A stretch of 64,000 nucleotides of DNA from an uncultured Gemmatimonadaceae bacterium (GCA_964449145.1 CAYUYF010000009.1:8938-72937), one strand, 5' to 3'; shown: positions 8,229 to 18,883, numbered from the stretch's first letter. Made by a program: numbers and translations. The notes: generated by a model not told the origin, from the sequence alone.

Positions 8229-9899
8229 TCAGCGAAACACCCAGCGCGACACCCGCGCCCCAGGAGCCTCACGGAGCAGCGTCCGCTCCCCGCCCGCCGC
8301 CACCAGTGCCGAGTCCAGCTCGGCCGCCGCGACGGCCAGGTAGGACGACATCACGACCCAACCCTCCGGGCCGCCCGCCGCACGAATGCGGCGGGCTTCG
8401 TTTGTCCCCCAGCCCGTGTCAGGCGTACTGGTGTTGATGCCGAGTGCGTTGGGGCCGGTGCCGGTGGGCACGCCCACCAGCTCCTGCCAGTCGCGATGGC
8501 CGTAGCGGAGCGAGTCGCCCTCCTCCCGCACCGCCACCCCGCGCGCGCTGGCGTGGCGGAAGGCGGGGCCAGTGGAGCTCACCAGCCGGAGGTGGTGCTC
8601 CACCCGCTCGTTGTCGGGCTGCCGCCAGTCGGTGGTGTAGAACACCCACGCCGGCACGCTCCGCCCGTACACGTACACCGCGGCACCGGCGGCGTGGACC
8701 GAGTCCAGTTCGCGCAGGAGGGGCTTCAGCGACTCGCGCTCGTAGGGCTCGCGCAGCTGGCGCAGCGCGTCCATGCCGGGGAGGAGCGCGAGCGACAGGG
8801 CGGCGGCGGCCAGCCACGGCAAGTTGACCCGCTGCCGCATCCAGGCGGCGATGACCCCCGCCCCCTCCGCCAGGCAGAGCGTCAGGCCGGGGACCGCGAA
8901 GAGCAGCAGCCGGGGCGCGGCGGGGTAGAGCCGGACGGTGGAGGCCAGACCGGCAAGCAGCAGCGGGCCCAGCAGCAGCACCCCCAGCCATCCCCCGCTC
9001 TGCCGGATGAGCGAGCGGGCACCGACCGCGATCGGTAGCAGGAGCGCCGCGGCGAGGGAGGCCCGCCAACCGCCGCCGGCGGCAACGAACCAGGACTGCA
9101 GGCTCTCCGGTGGCAGCGCGAGAAGCTTCGACCCCAGGCCCGGCAGCCCCGGACTGAGGAAATACGGCACCCAGTAGCGCTGCATGTAGGCGCTGTCGGC
9201 GGCGGCGTGATAGACCAGCGCGTAGAAGGTGGCAAAGGCGGCGGCCCAGGTCGCGGCACCAGCCACCAGCCGTGCTACCGCGCCGGGAGTCCGCCTGACT
9301 TCGGGAACGATGAGCATGCCCAGAGCCAGCGCCGCGAGCAGGAACGGCGCCACCGAGGTCGCAATGGCCACCACCGCGCCCAGCCCGATCATCGCCACCC
9401 AGCGCCCCGTTTGGTCCACCCGCTCCACCAGCCGGAGCGCCGCCAGCAGCAGCAGCGCCGCCCACATGGCGTCGAGGCCGTAGGGTTTGAGCTCGTTGGC
9501 GTATTGAATCAGCATCGGGGAGAGGCTCAGGAGCAGCACCGCGAGGGCGGCCACCCGGGGGGCGAGCAGCCGGGCGGCGATACGCCAGAAGACCAGCAGC
9601 AGCACCAACCCGCTCAGGAACGGGAGGAGGCGGAGCACCCGCTCGTCGGTCCCCGCGACCACGGCGCTCAGCTTGACGCCCCACAGGAACGGCACCGGCG
9701 CGGTCTGGTCGCTGTCCAGCGGCCGGAGCAGGCCGCTGAAGCTCCGCCCCAGGATGTTGTTCGCCAGCATCGCCTCGTCCAGCCAGAGCGAGCGGCCGTG
9801 CAGGTACTGCCGGAGCCGAAGCGCCGCGCCGAGGAGGAGCAGCAGCGGCAGCGCCCCGACGGCGCTTCCGCCCGGTGCCCTCGGGGCCGGCTCAGGCAC
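8229..9899 (-). CDS. Polytopic membrane glycosyltransferase, GT39/ArnT-like (PMT_2-type)
   Basis: 556 aa with many predicted TM helices. The N-terminal pattern LR...L.GRSLWLDEA...P.F is typical of ArnT/PMT-like enzymes, and a soluble C-terminal domain follows. The GTG start overlaps the pdxA end by 8 nt. Confidence 0.6.
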   Translation of the reverse strand: MPEPAPRAPGGSAVGALPLLLLLGAALRLRQYLHGRSLWLDEAMLANNILGRSFSGLLRPLDSDQTAPVPFLWGVKLSAVVAGTDERVLRLLPFLSGLVLLLVFWRIAARLLAPRVAALAVLLLSLSPMLIQYANELKPYGLDAMWAALLLLAALRLVERVDQTGRWVAMIGLGAVVAIATSVAPFLLAALALGMLIVPEVRRTPGAVARLVAGAATWAAAFATFYALVYHAAADSAYMQRYWVPYFLSPGLPGLGSKLLALPPESLQSWFVAAGGGWRASLAAALLLPIAVGARSLIRQSGGWLGVLLLGPLLLAGLASTVRLYPAAPRLLLFAVPGLTLCLAEGAGVIAAWMRQRVNLPWLAAAALSLALLPGMDALRQLREPYERESLKPLLRELDSVHAAGAAVYVYGRSVPAWVFYTTDWRQPDNERVEHHLRLVSSTGPAFRHASARGVAVREEGDSLRYGHRDWQELVGVPTGTGPNALGINTSTPDTGWGTNEARRIRAAGGPEGWVVMSSYLAVAAAELDSALVAAGGERTLLREAPGARVSRWVFR

Positions 9900-10830
9900 C
9901 GGCAGGGGCGCTCCGCCTGGCCAGCTGCAGGGCGAGTTCGATCGCCGCCCGCATGCTGGCCGGATCAGCCCGGCCGGTCCCCGCGATATCCAGCGCGGTG
10001 CCGTGATCGGGGGAGGTGCGCGGGAAGGGAAGACCGAGGGTGACGTTCACCCCCTGCCCGAAGGCGGCCACCTTGATGGCGGTCATCCCCACGTCGTGGT
10101 AGGGGGCGAGCACGGCATCGAACTCCCCGCGGAGCGCGCGGACGAAGACCGTGTCGGCCGGGAAGGGACCGCTGGCGCCGAGCACCTCCACCGCCGGCCG
10201 GATCACCCGCTCCTCTTCATCCCCGAACATCCCCGACTCCCCGGCGTGCGGGTTGAAGGCGCACACCGCGATCCGGGGCTCGGCGATCCCGAACCAGTCG
10301 GTGAGCGCGGCGCGAGTCACCCGCCCGGTCCGGATCAGCTTGTCGGTGGTGAAGAGTTCGGGGACACTCTTGAGCGGAACGTGGGTGGTCACCAGTACCA
10401 CCCGCAGGGGCCCGGCGGCCAGCATCATCGCCACCTCGACGTCGCCGGCCAGGTGCGCCAGCCACTCGGTGTGTCCCGGCCAGCGGAAGCCGGCCAGATT
10501 GAGCGCGTGCTTATGGGCGGGTGCGGTGACGATGGCCTGGACCTCACCGCTCAGCGCCAGGCGCGCGGCGGTCTCGACGCCGAGCCCGGCGATGCGGCCT
10601 GCCCGGGCGGCGCGCGAGGGGCCGGGCCGCGAGGCATCACCCCGCTCCCCCAGGCCCTCCTGCCAGCTTCCCACCGCCACCTGCCGGGCCGCCGGCAGCC
10701 CCGCGATCTGCTCCTCGGCGCCGATCACCGTGACCTCGGCGTCCAGTGGTACCGTGAGCGCCCGGGCAGTGATCTCCGGCCCGATGCCGCGTGGATCTCC
10801 GAGGGTGATGGCAATGCGGGGAGCGGACAT
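9892..10830 (-). CDS. pdxA: 4-hydroxythreonine-4-phosphate dehydrogenase
   Basis: IAITLGDPRGIGPEI, NPHAGE.G.FG.EE and TSPDHGTA.DIAG.G.A are PdxA signatures. It is linked to surA, as in the enterobacterial surA-pdxA arrangement. Confidence 0.9.
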   Translation of the reverse strand: MSAPRIAITLGDPRGIGPEITARALTVPLDAEVTVIGAEEQIAGLPAARQVAVGSWQEGLGERGDASRPGPSRAARAGRIAGLGVETAARLALSGEVQAIVTAPAHKHALNLAGFRWPGHTEWLAHLAGDVEVAMMLAAGPLRVVLVTTHVPLKSVPELFTTDKLIRTGRVTRAALTDWFGIAEPRIAVCAFNPHAGESGMFGDEEERVIRPAVEVLGASGPFPADTVFVRALRGEFDAVLAPYHDVGMTAIKVAAFGQGVNVTLGLPFPRTSPDHGTALDIAGTGRADPASMRAAIELALQLARRSAPAGA

Positions 10831-10931
10831 GCGGTGAAGGTAGGCGGGAACTGCGGGGGCGGGAAGAAGGACGCTGGACGGCCGGGCGGTTGGGCGGATG
10901 GCGGTGCATCCAGGGCCAACCGCCTGACCGG

Positions 10932-12293
10932 CTACAACCGGATATCCACGTACGTCGATCGCCGCAGCCGGTCGAGGTAGCGGCGGGTGGCGAGTTCATC
11001 CGACAGCCGGCGGCGAATCTGGTCCTTCACGTCCTCGAAGGCGATCGCGCCCTCGCCCCGGCGCCGCAGGACCTCCATCACGACGTATTTCCGGCGAAGC
11101 CCCGAGCTCTTCCGGATGGCGAAGGGGGGCACCACCGACCCGCTGTCCGCGGTGCCGATGCCTTCCTTGTACTCGTCCGGAAGCTGGTTGGCCGGCACCT
11201 CCAGCGCCTCCCGCTCCTCACCCTGGTCGTGGTAGAGCCGGGCGAGCGAGTCGAACGACGCGCCCGCCTGGAGCGCCGCGGCGATCTGGCCGGCCCGGGC
11301 CAGGGCGGTGTCGGCGTCGGCCTCGGTGACCTCGGGCATGATCAGGATGTGCCGCGCCTGCACCTCGGCTGGTTGCACTCGCTGCACCTGCAGGATGTGA
11401 AAGCCGAAGGGCGTCTCGATCGGCTCCGAGAGCACGCCCGGCTTGAGCCGGAAGGCCACCTGCTCGAAGGCCGGCACCATCTGACCCCGCCGGAACCAGC
11501 CCAGTTCGCCGCCCTGAGCGGCGCTGACCGGATCCTGCGAGAAGCGCCGCGCCGTGGTGGCGAAGTCGGCGCCGCGCCGCAGCTCCATGAGGATGGAGTC
11601 CGCCTGGGCACGGGCCCGGACGCTGGCCTCGGGCTGCGCCTGCGGCGCCACGATGATGTTGCGGAACGAGATGGTGGCCGGCCGCTGCGGCAGGTCATCC
11701 TTGAACTGCTCGAAGTACTCCCGCAGCTCCCGCTCGGTCGGCTGCACCGGCTTGAGTTTGCCTTCCTCCCGGAGCTTGGCCAGCAGCCGGTTGCGGAGCG
11801 CCGCCTTGCGCTGGCTTTCGGTGAGCCACCGGCGGAACTCCTCCGGGGTCTGGAAGCCTGAGCGGGACAGCTCCCGCTGGAAATCCAGCTCCGAGGTAAA
11901 TCGCCGGCGCACGTTGCGGTACTGCTCCTCGGTGCCCTCCGCGATCTCCTGGTCGGTCACCTTGATGCTGGTGTCCCGGTTGGCCACCTGGACCATGATT
12001 TCCGCGTCCACCAGGTCAGAGATCACCTGGCGACAGAGGGTGCGGAATTCCGCTTCGGTGCTCGGCAGCGGTCCCTGCTGGCTCCGCTGGGTGAAGATCT
12101 CCTCTTCTACCTGCGAGGAGAGAATGGGCGTGTCGCCCGCCACCGCCACGACCCGGTCCACCGAGGCTTCCACCGTGTCGCAGCGGAATTGGGGCGGCGG
12201 CGGCTGGGCGCCCTCGGCGCCCTGCTGGGCCGCGAGCGCGGTGGGCAGCAGCAGTGTGGCGAACAGGCCGGACCAGCGTAGCGTGGAGGTCAT
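10932..12293 (-). CDS. surA: Periplasmic chaperone / peptidyl-prolyl isomerase, SurA-like
   Basis: It has a signal peptide (MTSTLRWSGLFATLLLPTALAAQQ), a SurA_N-like region, and PpiC-type parvulin motifs (ARHILI..., S.D..SA..GG.LGWF, TPFGFHILQV). Confidence 0.8.
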   Translation of the reverse strand: MTSTLRWSGLFATLLLPTALAAQQGAEGAQPPPPQFRCDTVEASVDRVVAVAGDTPILSSQVEEEIFTQRSQQGPLPSTEAEFRTLCRQVISDLVDAEIMVQVANRDTSIKVTDQEIAEGTEEQYRNVRRRFTSELDFQRELSRSGFQTPEEFRRWLTESQRKAALRNRLLAKLREEGKLKPVQPTERELREYFEQFKDDLPQRPATISFRNIIVAPQAQPEASVRARAQADSILMELRRGADFATTARRFSQDPVSAAQGGELGWFRRGQMVPAFEQVAFRLKPGVLSEPIETPFGFHILQVQRVQPAEVQARHILIMPEVTEADADTALARAGQIAAALQAGASFDSLARLYHDQGEEREALEVPANQLPDEYKEGIGTADSGSVVPPFAIRKSSGLRRKYVVMEVLRRRGEGAIAFEDVKDQIRRRLSDELATRRYLDRLRRSTYVDIRL

Positions 12294-13729
12294 GGCTTCT
12301 GCCCCGGCGGTGCCTGGACCGTGGGGCGCGGCGGGATCACGGGGGGACGCGCCGGCCGGGCTCCAACGGAGGCGGAGTCGGCGCGGTCCCGAATCTCGGT
12401 GGCCACGGCGAGGGCGCGTTCCAGGCCGGCGGGGTAGTAGCGGTACTCGCCTCGGGTCCGGAGGGCCAGCGCCATGGGCCCGGGCACGGGGAAGGGCCGG
12501 CCTTTTCCTTCGGCGACCTGATCCCAGTACTTCTCCACCGCCATCGCGGCAAGCCGGACGCGCTCGGCGGGGGTGGCGTTGGTGTCGAGGATGTCCGGCC
12601 CCAGCGCGAGGACCTTGGTCAGGGAATCCACCCGCGCCCGGTGTCCTTCGATCAGTTCGGTCCAGTCGGCCGGGGTGATGCTGACCCCGGCCTCGGCGGC
12701 CTGGGCCACCAGGATCGAGTTCTGCCCGATCGCGTGGGTCAGCTGCACCAGCCCGCTGTCGGGACGGGATGCGACGTCGTTGATGAAGGTGGGCCCGAGC
12801 GCGGTCATCCAGCGGACGAACTCACTCACCTGCAGCTCGCCCCCGTTCCACCGGGCGAGAACCTTGCGAGACCGGGCGGCGCCGTCCATGTCGGCGATCG
12901 CCGACCGGATCGAAGCGGGCGCGTCCCCGGATACCTTGAGCTCCTTCGCGACGCCCAGACTGTCCAGGTACAACGAGTCCAGCGCCACGCCTTCCCTGGC
13001 GCGCAGCACGCCAAGGATCCGCTCCCGCACTTCGGGGAGGGGGGGCCGCCGCAGCACGTGGTAGCCGAAGGGCGTCTCTACCACCGGACTGATCCCGCCC
13101 ACCGGCAGGGCCCAGCCGGCGCTGTCGAACGACGTCACCCAGTTGCCGCGCGCGGCGAGGGAGAGATAGCCCCCGTCCTGCTTGCTCCCGGGGTCCTCGC
13201 TCACTGCTTCTGCGACCGTGGCGAAAGGGGTGCCGCCGGTCACCCGGGCCCGGGCCTGGTCCGCCTTGCGCCGGGCCGCCTGGCGGTCGGCGGCGGGGGC
13301 GTCGGCGCGGGCCCGGATGAGGAAGTGCTGCAGGATGCGCTCCTGGTCGGCCGCATAGACGCTGTCGGCCTGGGACGGATTCAGCTCGAAGCGTTCAGCC
13401 AGGAGGGTGTCGTGCCAGCGGCTGGCGCGCCGCTCGACCAGCTCCGGCCAGAGCGCATCGGCGGCGAAGGTGCTGTCGCCAAGATCCCGGCCGGACGCGA
13501 GCGCCTCGGCAAACAGCATGTGGTCCACCCACAGGCCGGCGATGCCCTGGGCCGCCTCGTGGTTGGACGGCAATCCCTTGATGCCGGCCATGATCCCGCC
13601 CAGCCGCTCCACAGGCAGCTTCTGGTCGGCGGCCATGGCCGCGACCTCGGGCCGGGCGGTGAAGGCTTCCTTCAGGCTGTCGCACCCGGCCAGCAGGGGC
13701 AGCAGGACCAGCACTCCAATGCGGCGCAT
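12290..13729 (-). CDS. Lipoprotein peptidyl-prolyl isomerase (PpiC/parvulin-type, SurA/PrsA-like)
   Basis: I start at MRRIGVLVLLPLLAGC (lipobox), preceded by GGAGAAGG. It has a parvulin motif (SED.GSK..GG.L...G.....F....W.L.VG..S.VVETPFGYHVL). The stop overlaps the surA start (ATGA). Confidence 0.7.
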   Translation of the reverse strand: MRRIGVLVLLPLLAGCDSLKEAFTARPEVAAMAADQKLPVERLGGIMAGIKGLPSNHEAAQGIAGLWVDHMLFAEALASGRDLGDSTFAADALWPELVERRASRWHDTLLAERFELNPSQADSVYAADQERILQHFLIRARADAPAADRQAARRKADQARARVTGGTPFATVAEAVSEDPGSKQDGGYLSLAARGNWVTSFDSAGWALPVGGISPVVETPFGYHVLRRPPLPEVRERILGVLRAREGVALDSLYLDSLGVAKELKVSGDAPASIRSAIADMDGAARSRKVLARWNGGELQVSEFVRWMTALGPTFINDVASRPDSGLVQLTHAIGQNSILVAQAAEAGVSITPADWTELIEGHRARVDSLTKVLALGPDILDTNATPAERVRLAAMAVEKYWDQVAEGKGRPFPVPGPMALALRTRGEYRYYPAGLERALAVATEIRDRADSASVGARPARPPVIPPRPTVQAPPGQKP

Positions 13730-13790
13730 TCCTTCTCCACGGAAAAAAGTAGCGGCGACAGCGCGGCAGGTCCGCGTGGCGCGGCGCGTC

Positions 13791-16700
13791 TCAGGCAATG
13801 GTCGAGTCGGGCGCGGAGGTCGAGCGGGCCACCACCACCTCCAGCGCGCGCACCAGCGCGGGGACCAGCGCGTCTCCCCCCAGGCGCGTCAGGCGGAGTG
13901 ACAGCGGCACCATCCGCCGGACCTCGACCGCCAGCTGCACGTGGTCCAGAGCGGCGGAAAGTCCGGCGAAGCGGGGGGCGGCCCCCTCCCGGAAGGTGAG
14001 CCGCGCCTCGTCGCCCCGAACCAGCACATGCTGCAGTCCGAGGTCGGCGCCCACCGCCCGGAGCCGGGCCATGCTGAGCAGGTGCTCCGCCGGTTCCGGC
14101 AGGGGTCCGAACCGCTCCCGCAGTTCATCGCGAAGCTGCTGAATGTCGCCAGAGGTCGCGGCCCGCGCCAGTCGGCGGTAGAAATCCAGCTTGACGTCAT
14201 CCTCTGTGACGTAGGCGTCCGGCAGGTGCGAGGGGCGGTCCAGGACCACCTCCGGGGGGGCTGGCCGCTCCCCCTGGCCCTGCCCCCTGAGCGCCCGCAC
14301 CGTCTCCTCCAGCCAGCGCAGGTAGAGGTCGAACCCCACCGCGTGCGCGTGCCCGGACTGCTCGGACCCCAGCAGGTTGCCGGCCCCCCGGAGCTCCATG
14401 TCTTTCAGCGCGATCCGGTACCCGGCGCCGAGATCGGTGTGATGCTCCAGCACCCGCAGCCGCTCCTCCGCGTCGGGATCGATCAGGTCCGGCACCAGCA
14501 GGTAGCAGTAGGCCCGGCGGTGACTCCGGCCCACCCGGCCGCGCAGCTGGTAGAGCTGGGCCAGGCCGAAGCGATGCGCGTCGTGGACCACCATGGTGTT
14601 GGCGTTGGGCACGTCCAGACCGGACTCCACGATCATCGTGGAGACGAGAATGTCCGCCTCACTGGTCACGAACCGGCGCATCACCTCCTCCAGCGCATCG
14701 GCCGGCATCTGCCCGTGGCCCACCGCCACCCGCGCCCGGGGGGCCAGGGCCCGCACCCGGGCGGCGATCGTCTCGATGGTCTCGATCCGGTTGTGTACCA
14801 CGAACACCTGCCCGCCCCGGTCCAGCTCGCGGGCCAGCGCCTCCTCGATCAGCCCGTCATCCCACGGCTCCACGAAGGTGAGGATGGGGGAGCGGTCGCG
14901 GGGCGGGGTCTCGATGAGCACCAGGTCGCGCAGCCCCGCCAGCGAAAGGTGCAGGGTGCGCGGAATCGGGGTGGCCGTGAGGGTGAGCACGTCGACGGTC
15001 AGGCGGAGCGTCTTGAGCCGCTCCTTGTGCCGCACCCCGAAACGATGCTCCTCGTCCACCACCACCAGCCCCAGGTCCCTGAAGACCACGTCCGGGGAGA
15101 GCAGCCGGTGGGTGCCGATGATCACGTCGATCTCCCCGGCCGCCAGCCGTGCCAGCGCCTGCTTCTGCTCCTTGGCGGTGCGGAAGCGGGAGAGCACCTC
15201 GATCTTGACGGGAAAGTCCGCCAGCCGCTCGCTGAAGGTACGGAAGTGCTGGTCGGCCAGGATGGTGGTGGGGACCAGCACCGCCACCTGCTTGCCGCCT
15301 TGCACCGCCTTGAAGGCGGCGCGCACCGCCACTTCCGTCTTGCCGTACCCCACGTCGCCCACCAGCAGGAGATCCATCGGCAGCGCCTGTTCCATGGCCA
15401 GCTTGACCGCGGCCGTGGCCTTCCGCTGGTCGGGAGTGTCCTCGTACAGAAAGGCCGATTCCAGCTCCCGCTGCCAGCGCGTGTCAGGCGGGAAGGGGTA
15501 GCCGGCGTGGGCCTTCCGCCGGGCGTAGAGATCCAGCAGCTCCGCCGCCATCTCCTTGATGGCCTGCCGGGTCTTTTCCCGGGTGCGCTGCCACGAGGTG
15601 CCACCCAGCTTGTGCAGCCGCGGCGGCGGCTGGTCGCCGTCTTCCCCGGCGGAGCGGTAGCGCTCCAGCTGGTCCAGCCGGTAGAGCGGCACATTGAGGC
15701 GGTCGCCGCCCTCGTATTCCACCAGGGCCACCTCCAGGGTGGCCTCCCCGACCTGGATGGTCTCGATGCCGCGATACACCCCGATGCCATGCTCGAGATG
15801 CACCACAAAGTCGCCGGACTTGAGCTGCCCCGTCGCCCCGGTTGGCGCCGCCTGACGATAGCGCCGGGCCCGCCGCAGCCGCCGCGCCCGGCGGAAGATC
15901 TCGTGATCGGTGAGCACCCGGAGGCTCCGCATCACGAAGCCGCCATCCAGCGCGCCGATGGCGAGGCTCACGTTGAGGCGCCGGTCCCCCTCCTGCAGCA
16001 GCTCGTCGAGCCGCTCCAGCTGCCCCTCGTTGTCGCAGAGGATGACGGTGGGCACCTCCCCGGCCAGCATGCTGCGCAGCCGACGGATGTCCCGCTCCAC
16101 CGGCTCCGGCGGGGCGAAGCCGGCATCCAGCTCGGGTTTCTCCGACCGGAGAGCGACCCGCGGGAACCGCACGACCCGCGACCGCCACACCTCGGGCGGC
16201 TCGAACAGGGCTTCCCGGGCGGGCACCTCTTCTCCCAGTCGCCGGGCTACCTCGAGATGGTGGGCCGCCTCCCGCCAGGCGCGGGCCACCTCCTCCTCGT
16301 TGGCCCCCGGGGATTCTTCCAGCAGCAGCACGTCGCTCGGCAGCAGCTCCAGCAGCGTCTGGCGCTGGGCCTCGACGACCGGCGCCTCGTGGCCCGGCGG
16401 CTCCGCCCGCCGCCCGCCGCCCACCGGGAGCACGGTGATCTCCTCCTGCTCCGCCCCGGACCGCTGCGAGGTCAGGTCGAAGATGCGGATGCTTTCCAGG
16501 TCATCACCCCACCACTCGAGCCGTGCCGGCGCCGCCATTCCGAAGCCGTATACGTCCACGATCCCGCCGCGGACGCTGAACTCCGCCACTTCGGTGACGG
16601 TCGGGACCCGCTGATAGCCCATCGCCTCCAGCTCCTGGACCGTGAGGCCGAGGGACGGGGCCGAGCCGCGGCCCAGCCGCAGGGTGCGTGCCTTGAGGTC

Positions 16701-17099
16701 CGCCGGCACCCGGGTCCGCTCCTGGCTGGCCCGCGCCGTGGTCACCAGCAGCCGGAGCTTGCCCTCGAATAGCTGGGCCAAGGTCTCCGCCCGCTCTCCG
16801 GCGATCTCGTAATGCGGCTCTTCCTCCCCCAACGCCTCACGCTGGGGATACAGACCCACGGGGAGCTCGGTCAGATGCTGCAGATCGGTGAGCCAGCGCT
16901 CCGCGTCGGCGGGCGTGGTGACCACGACGGTGATGAGGCGCGAGGGGAAGGCGCGCGCCAGCCAGCCCACCAGGACGGCGGCACTCGATCCCGGCAGACC
17001 GCCGAGTTGGAGCTGTCCGCCCTGCGACGGCAGCCGGGACTGGAGATCGAACGCGATGGCGGTTCGGCCAAAGGCGTCCAGCAGGAGCGGGAGGCTCAC
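13791..17099 (-). CDS. mfd: Transcription-repair coupling factor
   Basis: It has a CarD-like region (GDFVVHLEHGIGVY), superfamily-2 helicase motifs (LLVGDVGYGKTEVA, VVDEEHRFGV, TATPIPRT) and a TRCF C-terminal domain. The GTG start at 17099 overlaps the upstream stop (GTGA). The 172 upstream codons of the track ORF are rejected. Confidence 0.9.
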   Translation of the reverse strand: MSLPLLLDAFGRTAIAFDLQSRLPSQGGQLQLGGLPGSSAAVLVGWLARAFPSRLITVVVTTPADAERWLTDLQHLTELPVGLYPQREALGEEEPHYEIAGERAETLAQLFEGKLRLLVTTARASQERTRVPADLKARTLRLGRGSAPSLGLTVQELEAMGYQRVPTVTEVAEFSVRGGIVDVYGFGMAAPARLEWWGDDLESIRIFDLTSQRSGAEQEEITVLPVGGGRRAEPPGHEAPVVEAQRQTLLELLPSDVLLLEESPGANEEEVARAWREAAHHLEVARRLGEEVPAREALFEPPEVWRSRVVRFPRVALRSEKPELDAGFAPPEPVERDIRRLRSMLAGEVPTVILCDNEGQLERLDELLQEGDRRLNVSLAIGALDGGFVMRSLRVLTDHEIFRRARRLRRARRYRQAAPTGATGQLKSGDFVVHLEHGIGVYRGIETIQVGEATLEVALVEYEGGDRLNVPLYRLDQLERYRSAGEDGDQPPPRLHKLGGTSWQRTREKTRQAIKEMAAELLDLYARRKAHAGYPFPPDTRWQRELESAFLYEDTPDQRKATAAVKLAMEQALPMDLLLVGDVGYGKTEVAVRAAFKAVQGGKQVAVLVPTTILADQHFRTFSERLADFPVKIEVLSRFRTAKEQKQALARLAAGEIDVIIGTHRLLSPDVVFRDLGLVVVDEEHRFGVRHKERLKTLRLTVDVLTLTATPIPRTLHLSLAGLRDLVLIETPPRDRSPILTFVEPWDDGLIEEALARELDRGGQVFVVHNRIETIETIAARVRALAPRARVAVGHGQMPADALEEVMRRFVTSEADILVSTMIVESGLDVPNANTMVVHDAHRFGLAQLYQLRGRVGRSHRRAYCYLLVPDLIDPDAEERLRVLEHHTDLGAGYRIALKDMELRGAGNLLGSEQSGHAHAVGFDLYLRWLEETVRALRGQGQGERPAPPEVVLDRPSHLPDAYVTEDDVKLDFYRRLARAATSGDIQQLRDELRERFGPLPEPAEHLLSMARLRAVGADLGLQHVLVRGDEARLTFREGAAPRFAGLSAALDHVQLAVEVRRMVPLSLRLTRLGGDALVPALVRALEVVVARSTSAPDSTIA

Positions 17100-18883
17100 G
17101 ACGACCTGCGCCGGCCGCTGGCAAGCCCAACCTCGACCAGGCCGAGCAGCAGCGCCAGCCAGAGCAGCGGCCCCTGCAGGCTCGCCTGCCCCGCCCCGGC
17201 GAAGGCCGCTCCCGCCGCGTCCTCGAGCGACACCACCCGCGCCCCGGGCCACAGGCTCCGGAGCGCGCTCGCTTCGGCCGGGGCAAGCTGCGACTCCCGC
17301 GGATCGAGGTTGACGCTCACCCCCCCGATGGTGTCGCTGCCGTCCAGGATGAAGTAGAGCCCAGCCTCCGGCGGCCGGAAGGCCGCCCCGCCCTCCACCG
17401 GCCAGCGCCTCCCCTCCCGCGCCGCCTGGGTCGCGAGGTCCGGCATCAGAATGGCATCGCCGGGGGCTCCCGTGAGGAGCGCCACCTCTCCCCGGGCGAT
17501 CCGGTTGACCAGGGCGTCCACCAGCGGCAGGAACCCGGCCGTGAGCGGCAGGGCGGTCCAGGCGGGATCGAACCGGCTGCCTATCAACACCACGTCTCCC
17601 GACCGGACGATCCACGGCTGGCCCGCGGCGGTCGCCACCACACCACTTCCCTGGCCGGCCCGCAGCGGCTCCAGCGTGTGACGACGAATCACCGCGACCC
17701 GCCCCACCAGCGCCCCGCTGTCACTGAGAGCGGGCGCGGGGGCCCGCGGCCCGTAGCGCCAGGGCACGCCCCGCCGCTCCAGCGCCCGGTTGAGGGCGCC
17801 CAGCTGCGCCGGATCTTCCGGCGGCAGCACCACCGAGGCGGCCCGGCCCAGCGTGCCGAGAGCCAGGTCGCTGCCCCGGCGGAGCCGGCCGCTGCCCAGC
17901 AGCACCTCCGCCGCCGCCGCGAGGTAGCGATCCGCCGGATCCCAGCTGGCCGCCGCCACCGGCGTCACCCGCACCAGGGCGGCCCGTTCATCGTCGGCAC
18001 GGAACTCGTCCGCCACCTTGCTGGCCTGCACCCGCTGCCATCCCGGCGTCGCGGGCCCCAGTGTAAAGCTCCCGCTGCCCCCCGCGGAGACCAGCGCCTG
18101 ACGGGGCGGACGGCTGGCCAGGACCACCGCCACCGGGGCAGGCGCACCCGAGTCCCCGGTGATCGCCACGATGGCCGTGCCGCCGTCCGGGGTCCACGGC
18201 TGGGCCCCGGGGTCGATCCGTGCGATCCCCTGGTTGATGGGCGGATCACCGGTGGGCCGGGCGAGCACCACCGGTACCCCGACGGTTGCCGCCGACAGCG
18301 CGCTGGCCTGGGCATCGCTCAGCAGCACGATCCCCCCGGGCCGCGCCTCGGTGGCCAGCACCTGGGCCGAGAGCTGCAGCGCGTCGCCGAGGTCCATGCG
18401 CCTGGTGGATACCTCCACGCTGTCCACGGCGCGGACCAGGTCGTCCGGCCCGCCCCGCCGGACCACGCCGTCGCTGGTGAGCAGCCAGAGGGCGTCGGTT
18501 GGAGTGCCCCGGGCGAGGATCCGCCGAGCCGCCGCCTTGAGGTCTGTGAGCCGCCGGGTTCCGGCCACCACCGCCGAGCTGCTGGGCGAGTTGTCCAGGA
18601 CCAGCACCAGGGCGCTGGGGGCGTGGCTGGCCGCCTGCTGGAGCGGCGCCGACGGGCCGGCGGCCGCCAGCACCAGCGCCAGGATGAGCAGGGTGCGGAC
18701 CAGCAGCAGCAGCCAATGGCGCAGCTTCAACCGGCGATTGTGTTCCTGGGTAACCTGAACGAGATAGCGGACCGCGGGGAACTCCACCGTGGGTGGGTCC
18801 CTGCGCTGGATGAGGTGCAGCAGCAGCGGCAGGGCCGCCAGCGGAAGGGCGGCGAGTGCCCAGGGCGACAGGAAGCCGATCAC
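17096..18883 (-). CDS. BatA-type N-terminal double-TM protein with a VWA-like segment
   Basis: It starts at a GTG (V)IGFLSPWALAALPLAALPLLLHLIQRRDPPTVEFPAVRYL, which is the BatA/TIGR02226-type N-terminus. LVLDNSPSS is a MIDAS-like DxSxS motif. GTGA overlaps occur at both ends. Confidence 0.65.
   Translation of the reverse strand: MIGFLSPWALAALPLAALPLLLHLIQRRDPPTVEFPAVRYLVQVTQEHNRRLKLRHWLLLLVRTLLILALVLAAAGPSAPLQQAASHAPSALVLVLDNSPSSSAVVAGTRRLTDLKAAARRILARGTPTDALWLLTSDGVVRRGGPDDLVRAVDSVEVSTRRMDLGDALQLSAQVLATEARPGGIVLLSDAQASALSAATVGVPVVLARPTGDPPINQGIARIDPGAQPWTPDGGTAIVAITGDSGAPAPVAVVLASRPPRQALVSAGGSGSFTLGPATPGWQRVQASKVADEFRADDERAALVRVTPVAAASWDPADRYLAAAAEVLLGSGRLRRGSDLALGTLGRAASVVLPPEDPAQLGALNRALERRGVPWRYGPRAPAPALSDSGALVGRVAVIRRHTLEPLRAGQGSGVVATAAGQPWIVRSGDVVLIGSRFDPAWTALPLTAGFLPLVDALVNRIARGEVALLTGAPGDAILMPDLATQAAREGRRWPVEGGAAFRPPEAGLYFILDGSDTIGGVSVNLDPRESQLAPAEASALRSLWPGARVVSLEDAAGAAFAGAGQASLQGPLLWLALLLGLVEVGLASGRRRSS

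Noticed and set aside
13941-16772. 943-aa plus-strand ORF, and other long antisense ORFs (24561..26081 minus, 38254..40125 minus, 47244..49691 minus, 58670..60457 plus, 3779..5089 plus)
   Set aside because: Each lies opposite a gene with clear family motifs (mfd, lepA, pckG, uvrA, mltD-like, hisD). Each has low-complexity, Arg/Gly/Pro/His-heavy composition and no recognisable domain.
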